Shown here in pieces: positions 35,795-47,849 of a stretch of DNA of 64,000 nt. Below the pieces are notes generated by a model. It was not told the DNA's origin and ran no database searches. It saw only the letters and a program-made list of their open reading frames with translations. Each line of letters starts with the position of its first letter. Positions within the stretch are counted from its first letter, which is position 1. A program made the translations under genes and the position numbers. This DNA comes from Felis catus (lineage: Eukaryota): the NCBI RefSeq assembly GCF_018350175.1, contig NC_058383.1:3720001-3784000 (forward strand), in the 5' to 3' direction.

Positions 35795-37344
35795 ATTTCC
35801 GGTGCAAGTTTTAAAATGTAATCACAGTAGCTTAGTCCTTGAGGAATCTTACTTGTTCCTTTTCATGGCTTTGATTCGTTTTTCTTTTCCCATAATCTTA
35901 TTGGACTTGTCTCTTATTCAAAGCGGTCTTACTATCTCCCTGGGAGTCTCCAAGCCGGGCCCACAAACACCTCACGACGGACGGTTTTGGGAGCCAGTTA
36001 GTAAAATTTGCACGAAAGAGAGCCATCAAGGCATGTCTGGAGAAACGGTTTCGGGAGCCTCATTTACGGGGAACCGGGAGAAGAAGGGGAGTCAGATGCT
36101 CAGAGCATCGTGGCCACGACGTGGCCTGTGAGACATTCAAGAGGAGAACCAACGTGATCAAGGCCACACTACGAGAAACAGGAAGGGAGGAGGGGGAAAG
36201 TGGGAAACACAACGTGAGGTCCACCCGTGCGGTCCTGGGAAATAAGGGCGTCTCAGGAAAGTGGGAACAAAGGGGTGCAGGTAGGAAGCTAATTATAAAC
36301 ACGAATGATGTTTTGATGCAAGGGACATAGTATTTTCATACTAGGCCTAGTGTTAGGTTTACAACCTGAAAAATATTCCGAGTCTGAGGGCTCGATAAAG
36401 CCTTGTGAAAGCAGATGATGGGCCTGCCCGAGGCCTCTGTCCTTGAATATGGAGAAGGGATGTCTGCATCTGATTTTTGATAAGGAATTTTCCAAAGTCT
36501 TCTGCAGGGCCCGAGGGGTGAGAGCGGGGATTCGCAGCCTTCATTCTCTGTTGCTGCATCTGACAGTAAATCCAAACCGAAAAAGGCAGAAGCGTGTAGC
36601 TTCTGACCTATCTCGGCCTTCCAAATCCCAAATGAAATGCGAAGGCGGATAAATTACAAGGCAGGTGGCGGCCATCCCTAGATGTCCAAATCAGGCCTTC
36701 CGTAAGGGATGATGTTATCATAAAGAATCAAAACTTTCGCTGAGATTTAAATAGGAGAGTCCGCCCAATTTAGAAGCAGGGGAGGGAGGGAGGGGACCTC
36801 CGGGTTTCCAACGACCTTTTAGCCGAAAGAAGGGAATGTATAAATATCTCTCCTTGCAACATCTGTCCCCCGGGCTCCCTCTCATTCCTGGATACCGCCC
36901 TCTACCTGCCAGATGGTAATTCACGCGTGGATGACAGGAATCCCAAACCTCCCGGTGCGGTTGTGTTTTTCATATCATTTTAATAGCCGTCGCTAAGAAT
37001 TTAGTACCTGTCTACTGCATACGAGGCCTCCTTCAGTTCCAGGCGCTGGACGCAACCCAACTGTCCCTTCCCGTTCCCCCCACCCAGGATAGCGGCCAGT
37101 CGATCGGACCTCCAACCCCCGGATCTGCAGCTGGGAGCCCAGAGCTAACGCTTGAGAAGTTTCTCTGTAAAGGTGTGTGTAAGTTCAAAAATAGGACGAC
37201 CCAGGTTGGGAGGAAAACACATTAGCAGACGGAAATTACCGGCATAATCCTAAGTGGGAATAGTTGACCTCCTTCTCCAGGCTACGTGACCCCGCTGTCT
37301 GCCAGGCACTGAGAGAAGAATCCGTTCAAGCGCTTTCCTCGTCC

Positions 37345-37770
37345 TCGGCGGCCACAGTGTCGCTCGTGAAGATTCGCCCCAGCCCGCACTGCAGGCCCCC
37401 GCGAATGTGACCTTACTTGGAGACCGTGTCCTTGAGGCCGTGATGAAGAATCTTGAGATGAGCTCATCCTGCGTCTGGGTCTCGTACCCGATGGCCAGTG
37501 TCCTTGTAAGAGAAGGAAGCGAGATTGGAGACAGGGGGCGCCACACGGATGAAGGTTGTGTGAAGATGGAGGGCAGAGATCAGAGTGACGCGGCCACAAG
37601 CTAAGGAAGCCCAGGAGCCCCCGGAAGCTGGAGGAGGCAGGAAAGGATCCTCCCCTGGAGCCCTCAGGGGAACATGGGCCTGTGGACGCCTGGATTTTGA
37701 AACTGCGGGAGAACACGTTTCTGTTTGAAGCCCCCCAGCTCCCAGCTTTAGCAGTAGGTCATTTGTAAGA
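37345..37770 (+). mobile_element. MaLR LTR (MLT1C-like)
   Basis: GAATGTGACCTTACTTGGA...GTGTCCTTGTAAGAGAAGG...GAAGCTGGAGGAGGCAGGAAAGGATCCTCCCCTGGAG. Confidence 0.82.
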
Positions 37771-37958
37771 GTATTATTTTGAAAGACGAAGGCAAAATGC
37801 AGTCAAGCGTTCAGGTAACTGGGCAGACAAGACTTGCTCATCAGAACGTGAGGGTGGCGTGGGGCTCCCCATGGTGACCTGGCCGGGCCCTGGCACCCAG
37901 GAGGTCGAAGCATCCTTCTACTGGGGAACAGATGGGTCACCATAAAGGAGGAGGACAT

Positions 37959-38295
37959 GGCGCCTGGGTGGCCCATTTGTTGAGCATCTGACCCGGACTC
38001 AGGTCATGATCTCACTGTCTGAGTTCAAGTCCCACATTGGGTGAGCTTGAGCCCTGCTTCGGGTGAACCCCGCTTCTCTCTCTCTCTCTGCCCCTGTGCC
38101 CCTCTTGGGATTCCCTCTCTCCCTCTGTCCCTCTGTCCCTCTGTCCCTCTGTCCCTCTGTCCCTCTCTCCCTCTCTCCCTCTCTCCCTCTGTCCCTCTGT
38201 CCCTCTCTCCCTCTCTCCCTCTCTCCCTCTCTCCCTCTGTCCCTCTGTCCCTCTGTCCCTCTCTCCCTCTCTCCCTCTCTCCCTCTCTCCCTCTC
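37959..38295 (+). mobile_element. Atypical SINEC whose CT tract is expanded into a minisatellite
   Basis: GGCGCCTGGGTGG...CAGGTCATGATCTCAC head; no A-tail. Confidence 0.85.
38113..38295. repeat. 8-bp minisatellite CCCTCT(G/C)T, 22 full units plus one partial
   Basis: Direct reading. Confidence 0.95.
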
Positions 38296-38960
38296 AGGAA
38301 ACAGAGGAGGGCCATCAGGGCCGCCAGTGAGTCGTGCACCAAAGTGGGGTTCTGCAAAAGCCAGCGTCCCTTACGGAAATGGCAGGAGAAGCCAGGGGTA
38401 GAGCATTGTCAACAAGCAGAAGGTGACAGCCTGTGTCCACCACCCTGGCCGCTTCCCCGTGCCGGTCCTGCTGGATCGCCGGCTTCGTCTTCTCGGGAGC
38501 TTCTCCGGCCTCAGACGCTCACAGCCACGGTCTGCTGCAGCCTCAGCCACGCACACTGGCCCACGCCAACCCCGCAGAGCTCTGCAGTCCCAGGGGGCCC
38601 CCGGACAGCAATCACTGCCCACCCCGAGGCCGGCCCTCCAGTCCTGGCAGGATTCCACGTGTAAGGAGTGACTCCCGCTGCAGGGATGAGCCGTCCACGG
38701 AAAAGACACGCAGGCCGTCTCTTGAGCTCAGCCAGCCCTGCTGGTGGGTCCACGACACGGGAGCCGGTCGGAGCTGCGTGGTTCCCCCAGCTGCCGGGGA
38801 CGAAGCTGGCCGGTGCCACCAGCTGACACTCCCCAGACTCACCCAGAGCATCAGGGGCTCTACGCACCAGGCTCGACTCCCAAGGGATACTTCTCTCCAA
38901 CCACAAAGTAACGCTCATCAAAATCTCTGTATGCAAAGAGCCGTAAGAGTGTCCGTCGTT

Positions 38961-39177
38961 GGGGCGCCTGGGTGGCTCAGTGGGTTAAGCGTCCGACTTC
39001 GGCTCAGGTCATGATCTCGCAGTTTGTGAGTTGAGCCCCGCGTCGGGCTCTGTGCCGACAGCTCGGAGCCTGGAGCCTGCTTCGGATCCTGTGTCTCCCT
39101 CTCTCTCTGCCCCTTCCCCGTTCATGCTCTGTCTCTCTCTGTCTCTCAAAAATGAATAAACTTTAAAAAAAAAAAAA
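38961..39177 (+). mobile_element. SINEC (felid type)
   Basis: Full body, A-tail, degenerate TSD. Confidence 0.96.
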
Positions 39178-39194
39178 GTGTGCATCGTGATGTG

Positions 39195-39700
39195 ACCATT
39201 CATTCAACGAACGTGTTCTTAGAGCCTCCTGGGCACCCTGCTGGGCACCACGAGGGGGCCACAAAGAATTTGAGAACTGGCATAGCAGACGGAAGTGTTC
39301 AGTCTCCAACCTCAGAGATAAAAGCGTAGACTTTGGGGGATTTTAACATTAACATAATTCATCCACTTACTCACTGAACTATTTATCAAGTGCTGGGCAC
39401 TCTATTAAAAGCGGAGTCTCGGGGCGCCTGGGTGGCGCAGTCGGTTAAGCGTCCGACTTCAGCCAGGTCACGATCTCGCGGTCCGGGAGTTCGAGCCCCG
39501 CGTCAGGCTCTGGGCTGACAGCTCAGAGCCTGGAGCCTGCTTCCGATTCTGTGTCTCCCTCTCTCTCTGCCCCTCCCCCGTTCATGCTCTGTCTCTCTCT
39601 GTCCCAAAAAAAAAAAAAAAAAAAAAAAAAAAAGCGGAGTCTCCAGTTCTAGAAAACCAGCAAGTTTCCTGCCCTCACAGAGCTCGCTCAAAACCAACAG
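39195..39700 (-). mobile_element. L2 3' fragments split by a SINE
   Basis: CATTCATTCAACGAACG; TATTTATCAAGTGCTGGGCACT; CCTGCCCTCACAGAGCTC. Confidence 0.5.
39421..39633 (+). mobile_element. Young felid SINEC with pure poly(A)
   Basis: Exact TSD AAAAGCGGAGTCTC; uninterrupted A run 39606-39633. Confidence 0.98.
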
Positions 39701-40094
39701 ATGAATTAATAGTAATAATCGTCACAACAATAGCAGCAAAGCTCCCCTCTGCCGAGACGGGCGCCGAACCCCCTTGTCCCTGCCCCGAGACGGGGTGGGT
39801 TATCACTTCCCGATTCACTGATAAAGAGACAGAAGCACAAAGAATTTCAGGATCTGTGACTCCCAGAAGCGTTCTTCGTCGGCCGGTGGTTAATTTTTTT
39901 AACGTTTGGAACCATGCGGGGGACGTTATGACTTGTGATTACCCTCTTCCTTCTTGGATGTTTCGTGGCTGGACTCGCCATTTCTTCGGGTGAAAGTTCA
40001 TCAGACGTTACAAGTTAAACACAGGCTGTGGGAGAATAGTCAGGCATTTCCTCTCGGGCCGTTGATAATAATTGAACAATTTTGTTTTAATCAA

Positions 40095-40180
40095 AAATCT
40101 TGCCAAGGTCACAGAACTCGTAAGTGGCAGAGCCGAGCCTCGACCCCATTCAGCCTGCCCCACAGCTTGTCCTCTTGACC
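40095..40180 (-). mobile_element. MIR fragment
   Basis: CTTGCCAAGGTCACAGAACTCGTAAGTGGCAGAGCC. Confidence 0.65.
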
Positions 40181-40354
40181 ATGACATTTGCTAAATTAAT
40201 CACATAAAGTCGCTTTGCTACAGCCAGAAGCTTCAGCTCACCGCAATTAACAAGGATAGATTTAAAGGTGCAGGGTTCACCCCTCCACCTGGCTCAGAGA
40301 ATATGCCGTAATGCGATGCGATACCGTCTTTGAATTATTAACGAATGCCTTTCT

Positions 40355-40475
40355 TTTTCTTATTGGGCTGAAATTCACATACATAAGACGAGCTTTTTTA
40401 GAGGGTGAAGTCTGGTGGAATTTGGCACATTCACAATGGGATCGAGCCATCACCTCCGCCTGATTTCAGAACCTC
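40355..40475 (-). mobile_element. L1MB-like 3' terminal fragment
   Basis: TTATTGGGCTGAAATTCACATACATAA...ACATTCACAATG...CCATCACCTC. Confidence 0.6.
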
Positions 40476-40579
40476 ACTGGTTACCTTTTCGTGCCTGATA
40501 GTTCCTTCGACCTTGCCGGTCGTGCTTCAGTAAATAAATGGCAAAGCAGAAATGTGGAAAGAAAGTGAGTCATAGCGAC

Positions 40580-40909
40580 CCTCTGAGAGACTGGCCCCCC
40601 AAAATTCGCGTGTTCAAGTCCTAACCCCCAAAGGTGATGGTGTTAGGAAGTTGGGCGTTTGGGAGGTGCTCGGGTTGTGAAGGTGGAGGGTTCTTACAAC
40701 ACGGGATTCACGTCAAGAGGCCCCACAGAGCTCCCCGCCCCGCCCCCCCCCATAAGGACACAGCGGGACGGGCCGCCATCTATGAACCAGGAAGGCCTTC
40801 ACCAGAACATGACCGTGCAGGTGGCTTGAACCTGGACGTCCAGCCTGCAGGACAGTGAGAAAAGCTACCCCACCCCCTCCCTGTTGTGGTATCTGAACAG
40901 ACTGAGACA
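40580..40909 (+). mobile_element. MaLR LTR (MLT1A-like)
   Basis: CCCCAAAATTCGCGTGTTCAAGTCCTAACCCCCAAAGGTGATGGTGTTAGGA...GAACAGACTGAGACA. Confidence 0.8.
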
Positions 40910-41191
40910 GTCATTTCTTGGCTTTTTGAGTTTCAAAAGCCTGGGCCCCGAGAACTAGAATGTTCTCTCACACGTGGATGAGATTGGAGAAACAGATGAA
41001 TAGGGTACTCCCGGCTGGGAGGAGGTGGAGAGAAGAGGGCATTAAGGGCGAGGACCTGGAGGAGCCACATGGACCAGAGAATGTCCACCCCCAGGGCCGC
41101 CAGTCTGTACCGTTCAGGAGGCTTCTAAGGGACAGTTCACTAGCCGTCCTTCCTTTGGAAAGCAGCGAAACGCCCCCCCTACCCCCACCCC

Positions 41192-41790
41192 TATTTTTAA
41201 AAACCTTTTACCGAGGCGTCACCTACGTGCAGATGTAAACAGAAGACAAGCGTGAAGCTCAGTGTATTTTCCCAAACCCCATCCGGCCGTGGACCCAGAT
41301 CCAGGAGGAGAACGTGACGGGAACCCCAGAAGCCTCCCGGGCCCCCTTCCGGTCAACTATGCCCCCAAATGCTACCCTCTCTCTCTCGATTTCCCACAGC
41401 ACAGATGAGCTGAGGCTGGTTTTGTGTTTTGCAGAAATGCAATCACACGGATGACTCCTCCTCTGTCTGCCTTCGTTCACCCCCTGAACATTACGTTTGT
41501 GACATTCATCCACGTGTGGCGGTAACTCCTTCATTTTCACCACCGGGCAGCATTCCAAGGTGTGACTGTGCACAACGCACTCAACCGTCCCCCTACCGGC
41601 GGCCACGCAGTTTCCGGCTTGGGGCCTCCCTGAGCTGTGCCGCTGAACAGGAACGTGCCGGTACGTGTCTTTTGGTGAACCTGCGCTTGCGTTTCATTCG
41701 AGGGTGTGGCCCCGAGTGGGACTTCCGGGCTGTGGGGTGCGAACAGGTTCAGCTCCGGGAGGTCCTGCCAAACGGTCTTCTAGGGGAGTT
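41192..41790 (-). mobile_element. L1ME-like 3' end
   Basis: ACCCAGATCCAGGAGGAGAACGTGACGGGAACCCCAGAAGCCTCCC; GTGACATTCATCCACGTGTG. Confidence 0.65.
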
Positions 41791-41960
41791 TCACCAAAAT
41801 TCACAGGGAAATGCAGAAGGCTGGACATGGACAGGGCGATGGTGGAGAAGGGGAAAGACTCAGGAGGAGGAGAAAGTCGGAGGGTCTGTGCTACCGAGTA
41901 AGACCCGCGATGGGGCCTATCATACAGCGACTGTAACTGAGGTAGTGTGGAAATGATCAG
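41791..41960 (+). mobile_element. L1 ORF2 fragment in the opposite orientation
   Basis: AAAATTCACAGGGAAATGCAGAAGG...AAAGTCGGAGGG...CTGTAACTGAGGTAGTGTGG. Confidence 0.45.
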
Positions 41961-42003
41961 GACAGGCAGAGGTGGGGGAACCTTTAAAAGAAAACCAAAA
42001 GCT

Positions 42004-42169
42004 GGGGCACCTGGGTGGTTCAGTCAGTTAAGTGATTCTTGGTTTCCGCTCGGGTAGTGATCTCACAATTCATGGGTTCAAGCCCTGCATCAGGCTCTGC
42101 GCTGACAGCATGGAGCCTGCTTGGCATTCTGTCTCCTCCCTCTGCCCCTGCCTTGATTCCATTCTCTGG

Positions 42170-42218
<49 letters not shown>

Positions 42219-42252
42219 AATAAATAAATAAACTTTAAAAAAAAAAAAAAAA
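42004..42252 (+). mobile_element. SINEC
   Basis: Full body, (CT)n, A-tail; AAAAGCT on both flanks. Confidence 0.93.
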
Positions 42253-42399
42253 GCTCAGACTCTGAGCTAAAACCTGGATTTAGGTCCCGGGTCCCCCATG
42301 AACTTGCTGGGAGCCAAGCCAGTCACCTCCGGGCCCAAAGTCCTTCCTCGTCCAATGGCTTGTGACAGTCAGCTCCGTGGAGGCGTTTGTTTTGTTGAT

Positions 42400-42500
42400 G
42401 TGTCCATCATTTATGGAGGTGAGATTCGCGTCACATAAAGTGAACTGTTTTAAGTTGACCCATTCAGGGGCACTGAGTGCCCTTCCAGGGGTGAGTCCCC
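42400..42500 (-). mobile_element. L1MB-like 3' terminal fragment
   Basis: TTTATGGAGGTGAGATTCGCGTCACATAAAGTGAACTGTTTTAAGT. Confidence 0.55.
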
Positions 42501-43169
42501 CACCCCCAGCACCTTCCCCGGCACGGAGTCGCTCTGACAGCAGAACGAGCTCACACATGTGATGGGTCGGGAACACGGGGGCCTGCAGACGTAGGAGCGG
42601 CGCTCCTTATCAGGACCTTTTCCAACTGCATCGGGGCAAGGGTCACTCCCGGGGCCTCGTCTGGGCCGGCTTTGCCTTCATCTAACAGATGGGCTGGTTG
42701 TCAGGCTCCGAGAAGCAGCAGCGGGGACCTCATGCACACGGTGGTGCGGCGGAACATTCCAGAACCGAGGCCCCCTTGACGCAGAGGAAAGCAGCAGGGG
42801 CCCTGACTGGAAACGGCCGCATCCCCCACAGGAGCCACTTGGTGGGCAGAGCAGCCTCCAGCCCTCCGTCTAAGGCTCGGGTTCCACCTCCTTTCTGCTC
42901 TCAGTATACGGCTTTTCAGATCAATTGCCTTACGTTTTTAATTAATTTGAAGCTTAATTAGTTTGAGTTTTAGAGGGTGTGCAACGGTCCCAAAGACCCT
43001 CTCGGGATAAAAACACGGGAAGGCTCGGCCTAACCAAAGCAAGCCGTTCCCGGCAGCCGCCCGCACAGGCTCCCTGGCCCAAGGGAGGCCTCCACCCAGG
43101 AGGTGAGGCTGTGCGTCAGAGGCCGAGAGGTCAGGGGCATCCTAGGAGGCGCCGCCCCCCCAGACCCGA

Positions 43170-43580
43170 GAGCCCACATGGCGTCGTTCTGTGCGTGGAT
43201 TCTGTGAGTCTGGAATTGGGCCGGGCGCAGCGGGGACAGAAGGGTCTGCTGCCCTCCCACCTGGGGCCCTCGTCTGGAGGCCAGGGGCTGGCATTGCGGA
43301 AGGAGGGAGAGGTGACTTGGGAGGGGAGCTCTTTGCTCAAATGTCTGGCACTTGGCCCACAGGCCCCAACCTCACCAGGGCGCCCGGGCACCTACACTTG
43401 GCATCCCCGCGTGGTCTCTGTGGGGTGCTTGGGCCTCCTTGCAGCGCGGTGGCCGTATCCGAGAGCGAGTGTCACACAAGAACCAGGTGGGAGTGCACGT
43501 GTTTCTTTGCCCTGGTTCCAGACTCACACAGCAGCCTCTCTGCCCAATGCTGTTGGTTGAGGCTGTGTCCCTTAATCGGG
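43170..43580 (-). mobile_element. MaLR LTR (MLT1F/G-like)
   Basis: GATTCTGTGAGTCTGGAATTGGGCCGGGCGCAGCGGGGAC...AGAACCAGGTGGGAGTGCA. Confidence 0.55.
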
Positions 43581-43589
43581 GTAACCAGA

Positions 43590-44205
43590 CCCAACCCGAG
43601 ACCTGCCAGCGTCACCTCCCAAAGACCTCCAGACTCCATCCACGTCCCTCTGCCTCCCCAGCCGTGCCTGAGCCCGAGCTGTCCGCCTCCTCCTCCTCTC
43701 CCTCCTGGCCCCCTGCGCCCTCTGCACTGCTCTCTGCATGCACATTCTGTTCCCACTGCGTCCTTCTGGCTGTCCTCTTATTACCGCCCGTGGCTTCCAT
43801 CTCTCTTAAGACAAAGTCCAAAATCCTAACCGTGGCTACCAAGCCCCACCCCTCTGAGCAGCACCACCCCCTCCAGCTTCACCCCTGTCTCCCCGTCCCC
43901 AGCCCCCACGGAGGTTCCCTGCTGACACTTGCCACTTCCCTGTGCTCATGAGCCACGTGTGGCCAGTGGCTGCTAGAGTGGATGCCCCTGTCCCCATGTT
44001 GCCCTCTCTGCTCTTTCTTCCCTCCCGGGGCAGCCCTTCACCAGGGCCACACTCTCCTCTGCTGTCCCCTGAGGCGGATTTTAATCTATGTGTGTTTTCC
44101 TATTTTTAACACACATTCTTCTTCTAAGCCACCTAAAATCGTACGTGGGCCAAATTCTCTGCTTCATTCCTTTGAATAGCAGAGCCTGGCTGTACGGCTA
44201 GACCA
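43590..44205 (+). mobile_element. L2 fragment
   Basis: GTGGCTTCCATCTCTCTTAAGACAAAGTCCAAAATCCTAACCGTGGC. Confidence 0.65.
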
Positions 44206-44945
44206 CAGGATCACGCCTTTGCAATCATCTCATTATAGAATCTGAGGTCTTCAATTCTGTCCTAAACTCCCAGAGAACATCTTAGTCTGTTATATTTGAT
44301 TTATTAGCAGCAAAATGCTTCTCTCAAAAAGGCCGTCCCTGCACATACAGTCAGAGACCGCCCCCCCCCCCCCCCAGTACGAACAGTCACAGGCAGTCAG
44401 AGCTGGGATGGTCCAAGCCCACATGGGCAGAGGACACTCCCACGTGCCCCCTTCACCCTGTGCTCTGCGCTGTGATGGCCCCAGGGCACCCCAGCTCCAA
44501 GGAACAAAGTTTGAGAACCAGTGATTTAAGTCATAACAACACATCAGGCTTCTTTATGAATCCCAGCATCGTTTGCATATAAAATGTACATTAAAGTCTG
44601 GAGAGATCGCTTAGGCCCTTCAAAGTTATTAAAAGATCATTTTAGAAGTGAAAATCGCCTTAGAGATAACTTCTGGAGAATTTTAATTTATCTCTGAGTT
44701 AAAGGCAGCTGAGATACAGTGAAAGAGGCTGCTGGTTAAAGAGGACCTGGTGAGGAATTCTAACTCCAGGTACAAACAAGAAACAAAAAACCATACAGCG
44801 TCTCTGAGCCTCCGTTGGCCCAGTTTCCCACAAAACGGCCCAAAGACTTCCCTTCCAGTGGCCTGGAGAGCTAAATGAGATGGAAACTGGGAACGTGCCC
44901 AAGGATCGAAAGTATGCACAAGAAACTTCTCCTTTAAAAATCATT

Positions 44946-45144
44946 GGAGCACCCGGGTGGCTCAGTCGGTTAAGCATCTGACTTCGGCTCAGGTCATGAT
45001 CTCGCGGTTCGTGGGTTCGAGCCCCGCGTCGGGCTCTGTGCTGACAGCTCGGAGCCTGGAGCTGCTTCGGATTCCGTGTCTCTCTGCCCCTCCCCTGCTC
45101 GTGCTCTGTCTCTTTCTCTCAAAAATAAATAAACATGAAAAAAA
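44946..45144 (+). mobile_element. SINEC
   Basis: Full body and tail. Confidence 0.95.
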
Positions 45145-46989
45145 TAATAGTTACCTGGACAATTAATACCATAGGGCTATAGAAACGGATACTGAGGAAA
45201 GAATACTTACAATGCAAAAAGAAATTCATAACCCCTTGCAGAAGGGAAAAGGGAGACATTCAGATGTGCTGCCGACGATGCAATTAGCTTCGGAAACACG
45301 CGTACTCGTGCTTTTACACAAATATAGAACTTCATCATCCATAGATCACGGACAGCCTGTAAGTCTGTGTGAGGTATGTGTGTATGTGCGGGTGTAGGCA
45401 TGTACTTAAAAGCCACAGTGGAAATAAAAACTAGTGGAATAGAAGTAGCAGTTATCTCCGGGTGGCAGGATGCATGAAAGATCCTTAATCTTTGGTTTTT
45501 TTCTGTGGGCTGGTCTAGGGGTTTTGTTTGGCTTGTTTTGTTTTTTCAAGTGCTTTGCATTGGGGTGTGAACTGTTTGCAGTCAGAAGGCGAGGTCGCCC
45601 TCTGTGAGATTCGAGGACCGTTGGTACAGCATTCCTGAGTCTGTGGAAACTACTTTTGAGTTTCGTATTCTGAATTCTAAAGAAACTGAGCGATCTGTTT
45701 TAAACCGAACGAGAAAATGTTCTAGATTAAGTCATTTGGCCGTGACAATGGCTGAACGAAACAGACACCCTTAGAGACGTGCACAAGCCAGTTGCCACGG
45801 AGTCTGAATTACAGGAAGTGGCTTTGTTTGGCTCGTCAGTTTGGCTCTGTTTGGCCTGACCTGGTTTGGATGAGGCCCGGAGAGCCAGCTCTGTCTTGAC
45901 CTTGGGTCTGTGACCCCACCAGCCCCTGGACACTTGGTGAGCTCTCTCTGCTCAGGTGGCCGGGAGGGCGCCCGATAGCTGAGGAAGGTGCCGATGTCAA
46001 CAAAGATCTGCCTGAAGGGGACAGTGTTCCTGGAGAGGGGCCTGTGCCCAGGCGGGGGGTGGACAGGTGTGACAGCGACACGGAGGGGAGCCAGGGCACG
46101 GTGGGAGCAGAGTACCAGGCAGACTCTCAGAGGATGGTCCCAGGAGCTGCGTGGGACAGAGCTCCAGCTGGACATCTGCTCTGAGTCCAGCCAAGGTCAC
46201 CAAGGAAGTGAGAGCATGTCAGGAAGAAACGAGGACTGAGCCCTGAGAAGTGTCCTCTTTGACTCTTGAGGACATCAGGGCAGAAGGCTGGCTTCTGCCA
46301 CTCAGTCTCGCCATCTGAGCTGTCCTGGAGTGCAAGGTCACACTCAGCTCTGGAGACAGGATATACTAGAAGGCTTCTAGTCCGAGCTGGCTGCCCACAT
46401 CCACCCCATCCTACAGTGGCAGGAGACAGGTGCGGAGGGAATCTAACTGGACCATCTGCTCAAGTTCATCTTGAAACGAAAGAGGTTGTAGCCAGGTGTT
46501 TTGGAAGTCCTGTCCCTGAAGCTCCTCGCTGCACTGAGAAAGTCCCCGACGACCCAGGATCTGGTAGGCGAGGCTGACACAGAGCCGCGTCTTCGTCACC
46601 TGTCCCCTGCCTCTGTCCCAACACCCAGCCCTGCCTCACTCCTTCCCTTCACCTTCCCGTCCCCTTGATGACAAGGAAGCAGGACATTCTTCATTCCTCC
46701 TCTTCCTCCAGATGCTTCCCGGCTTTCCTGGCCCCCCTCACACCTTATCCAGTGTCCCAACCTCAACACTCTGATGGGGCAGTCTGGCCTCTCCCTTCGA
46801 GAGGATTAAGACCCTGTGGTCTCGGTTCCTCCATGTCCCCTCTACTCCCCCCACACACCCGTGCCTCCATTCTGTGAACACCCTCGTCCCGGCCCCACTC
46901 AGTTGAATGAACATCTGAACCATCTCAAAGATGTCTGCTGGATTCAGTCATCAAGAAGTCCTTCCTGGCTTGGAGCAGGACATCTCCGG

Positions 46990-47185
46990 GCATGAGACGG
47001 TGGCATAAGGCAGACTGTGGGAGACTGAGTGGGGCGATGGAATATTCTAGATCTTCATTGCAGGGGAACGTCCATGACAATATCTTTGTCAAAATTCATA
47101 GAACCACACACTGAAAAGGGACATTTCACTGGGTGTAAATTATACCTCAATGAAACTGACGTCAGCGTAAAAATATAAAATAAAT
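46990..47185 (+). mobile_element. L1M 3' terminal fragment
   Basis: TTTGTCAAAATTCATAGAACCACACACTGAAAAGGG...TGTAAATTATACCTCAAT. Confidence 0.7.
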
Positions 47186-47849
47186 CGTTCTTAACAAATG
47201 ACCGCTTTCCTCTTTAAACGACTCCTTTCGATTCTGCACATCACATCTCAGATGACGCTAACAGAAAAGGCAACGCACGTAAATATTCCTCTCCTGCTTC
47301 TGTTCCATTTCTCCGTTCACCAATTTTCTTCCCGTTTTCCCCTCAGCGCAGACTTTCCTCTGTTCCCTTAATAGTCCCCGCTCTATAATTAGTAGCTCTG
47401 ATAATTCTTTTATCATGTGTGTTTTATTTCTAAAATATTCACTACCACAGCTCTCCCATAATGCCTTAATTCAATTCCCTGATCACCATTTTTACAATCG
47501 TGAGGTATTAATAATATCTTCTATTTCGGTAGTGCCTTTTTTTTTCTTTTTGTCTGACGAACAAAAAAGTACTTTGCAGGCACTTTGTATCCCTGTGAGG
47601 GAGTTAGGGAAGGAAGACAGACTGCGGATGGAAACAGGCAGGCACAAGACGTGTGTGGGGTGTGCTGCTCACACAAGACGGCGCTGAGCGTTGGCCAAAG
47701 TTCACTGCAGAGCTTCGTCTCCCAAGAGAGGGGCAGGGGTCCCCACCCCACTGCCTGGGGGAATCTAGAGTCAGCCCAAGCCCAGCCTCTGGGTGGAGGC
47801 CAAGTCTGGACACCTCCCTTTAGAAGGCGGGACACAAAATCTGCCCTCT

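Noticed and set aside
38041..38664. 207-aa ORF with SLSPSLPL repeats
   Set aside because: Translation of the 8-bp minisatellite plus GC-rich flank.
47157..47164. Second TGACGTCA palindrome
   Set aside because: Sits at an L1 3' terminus with no supporting regulatory context; likely chance.
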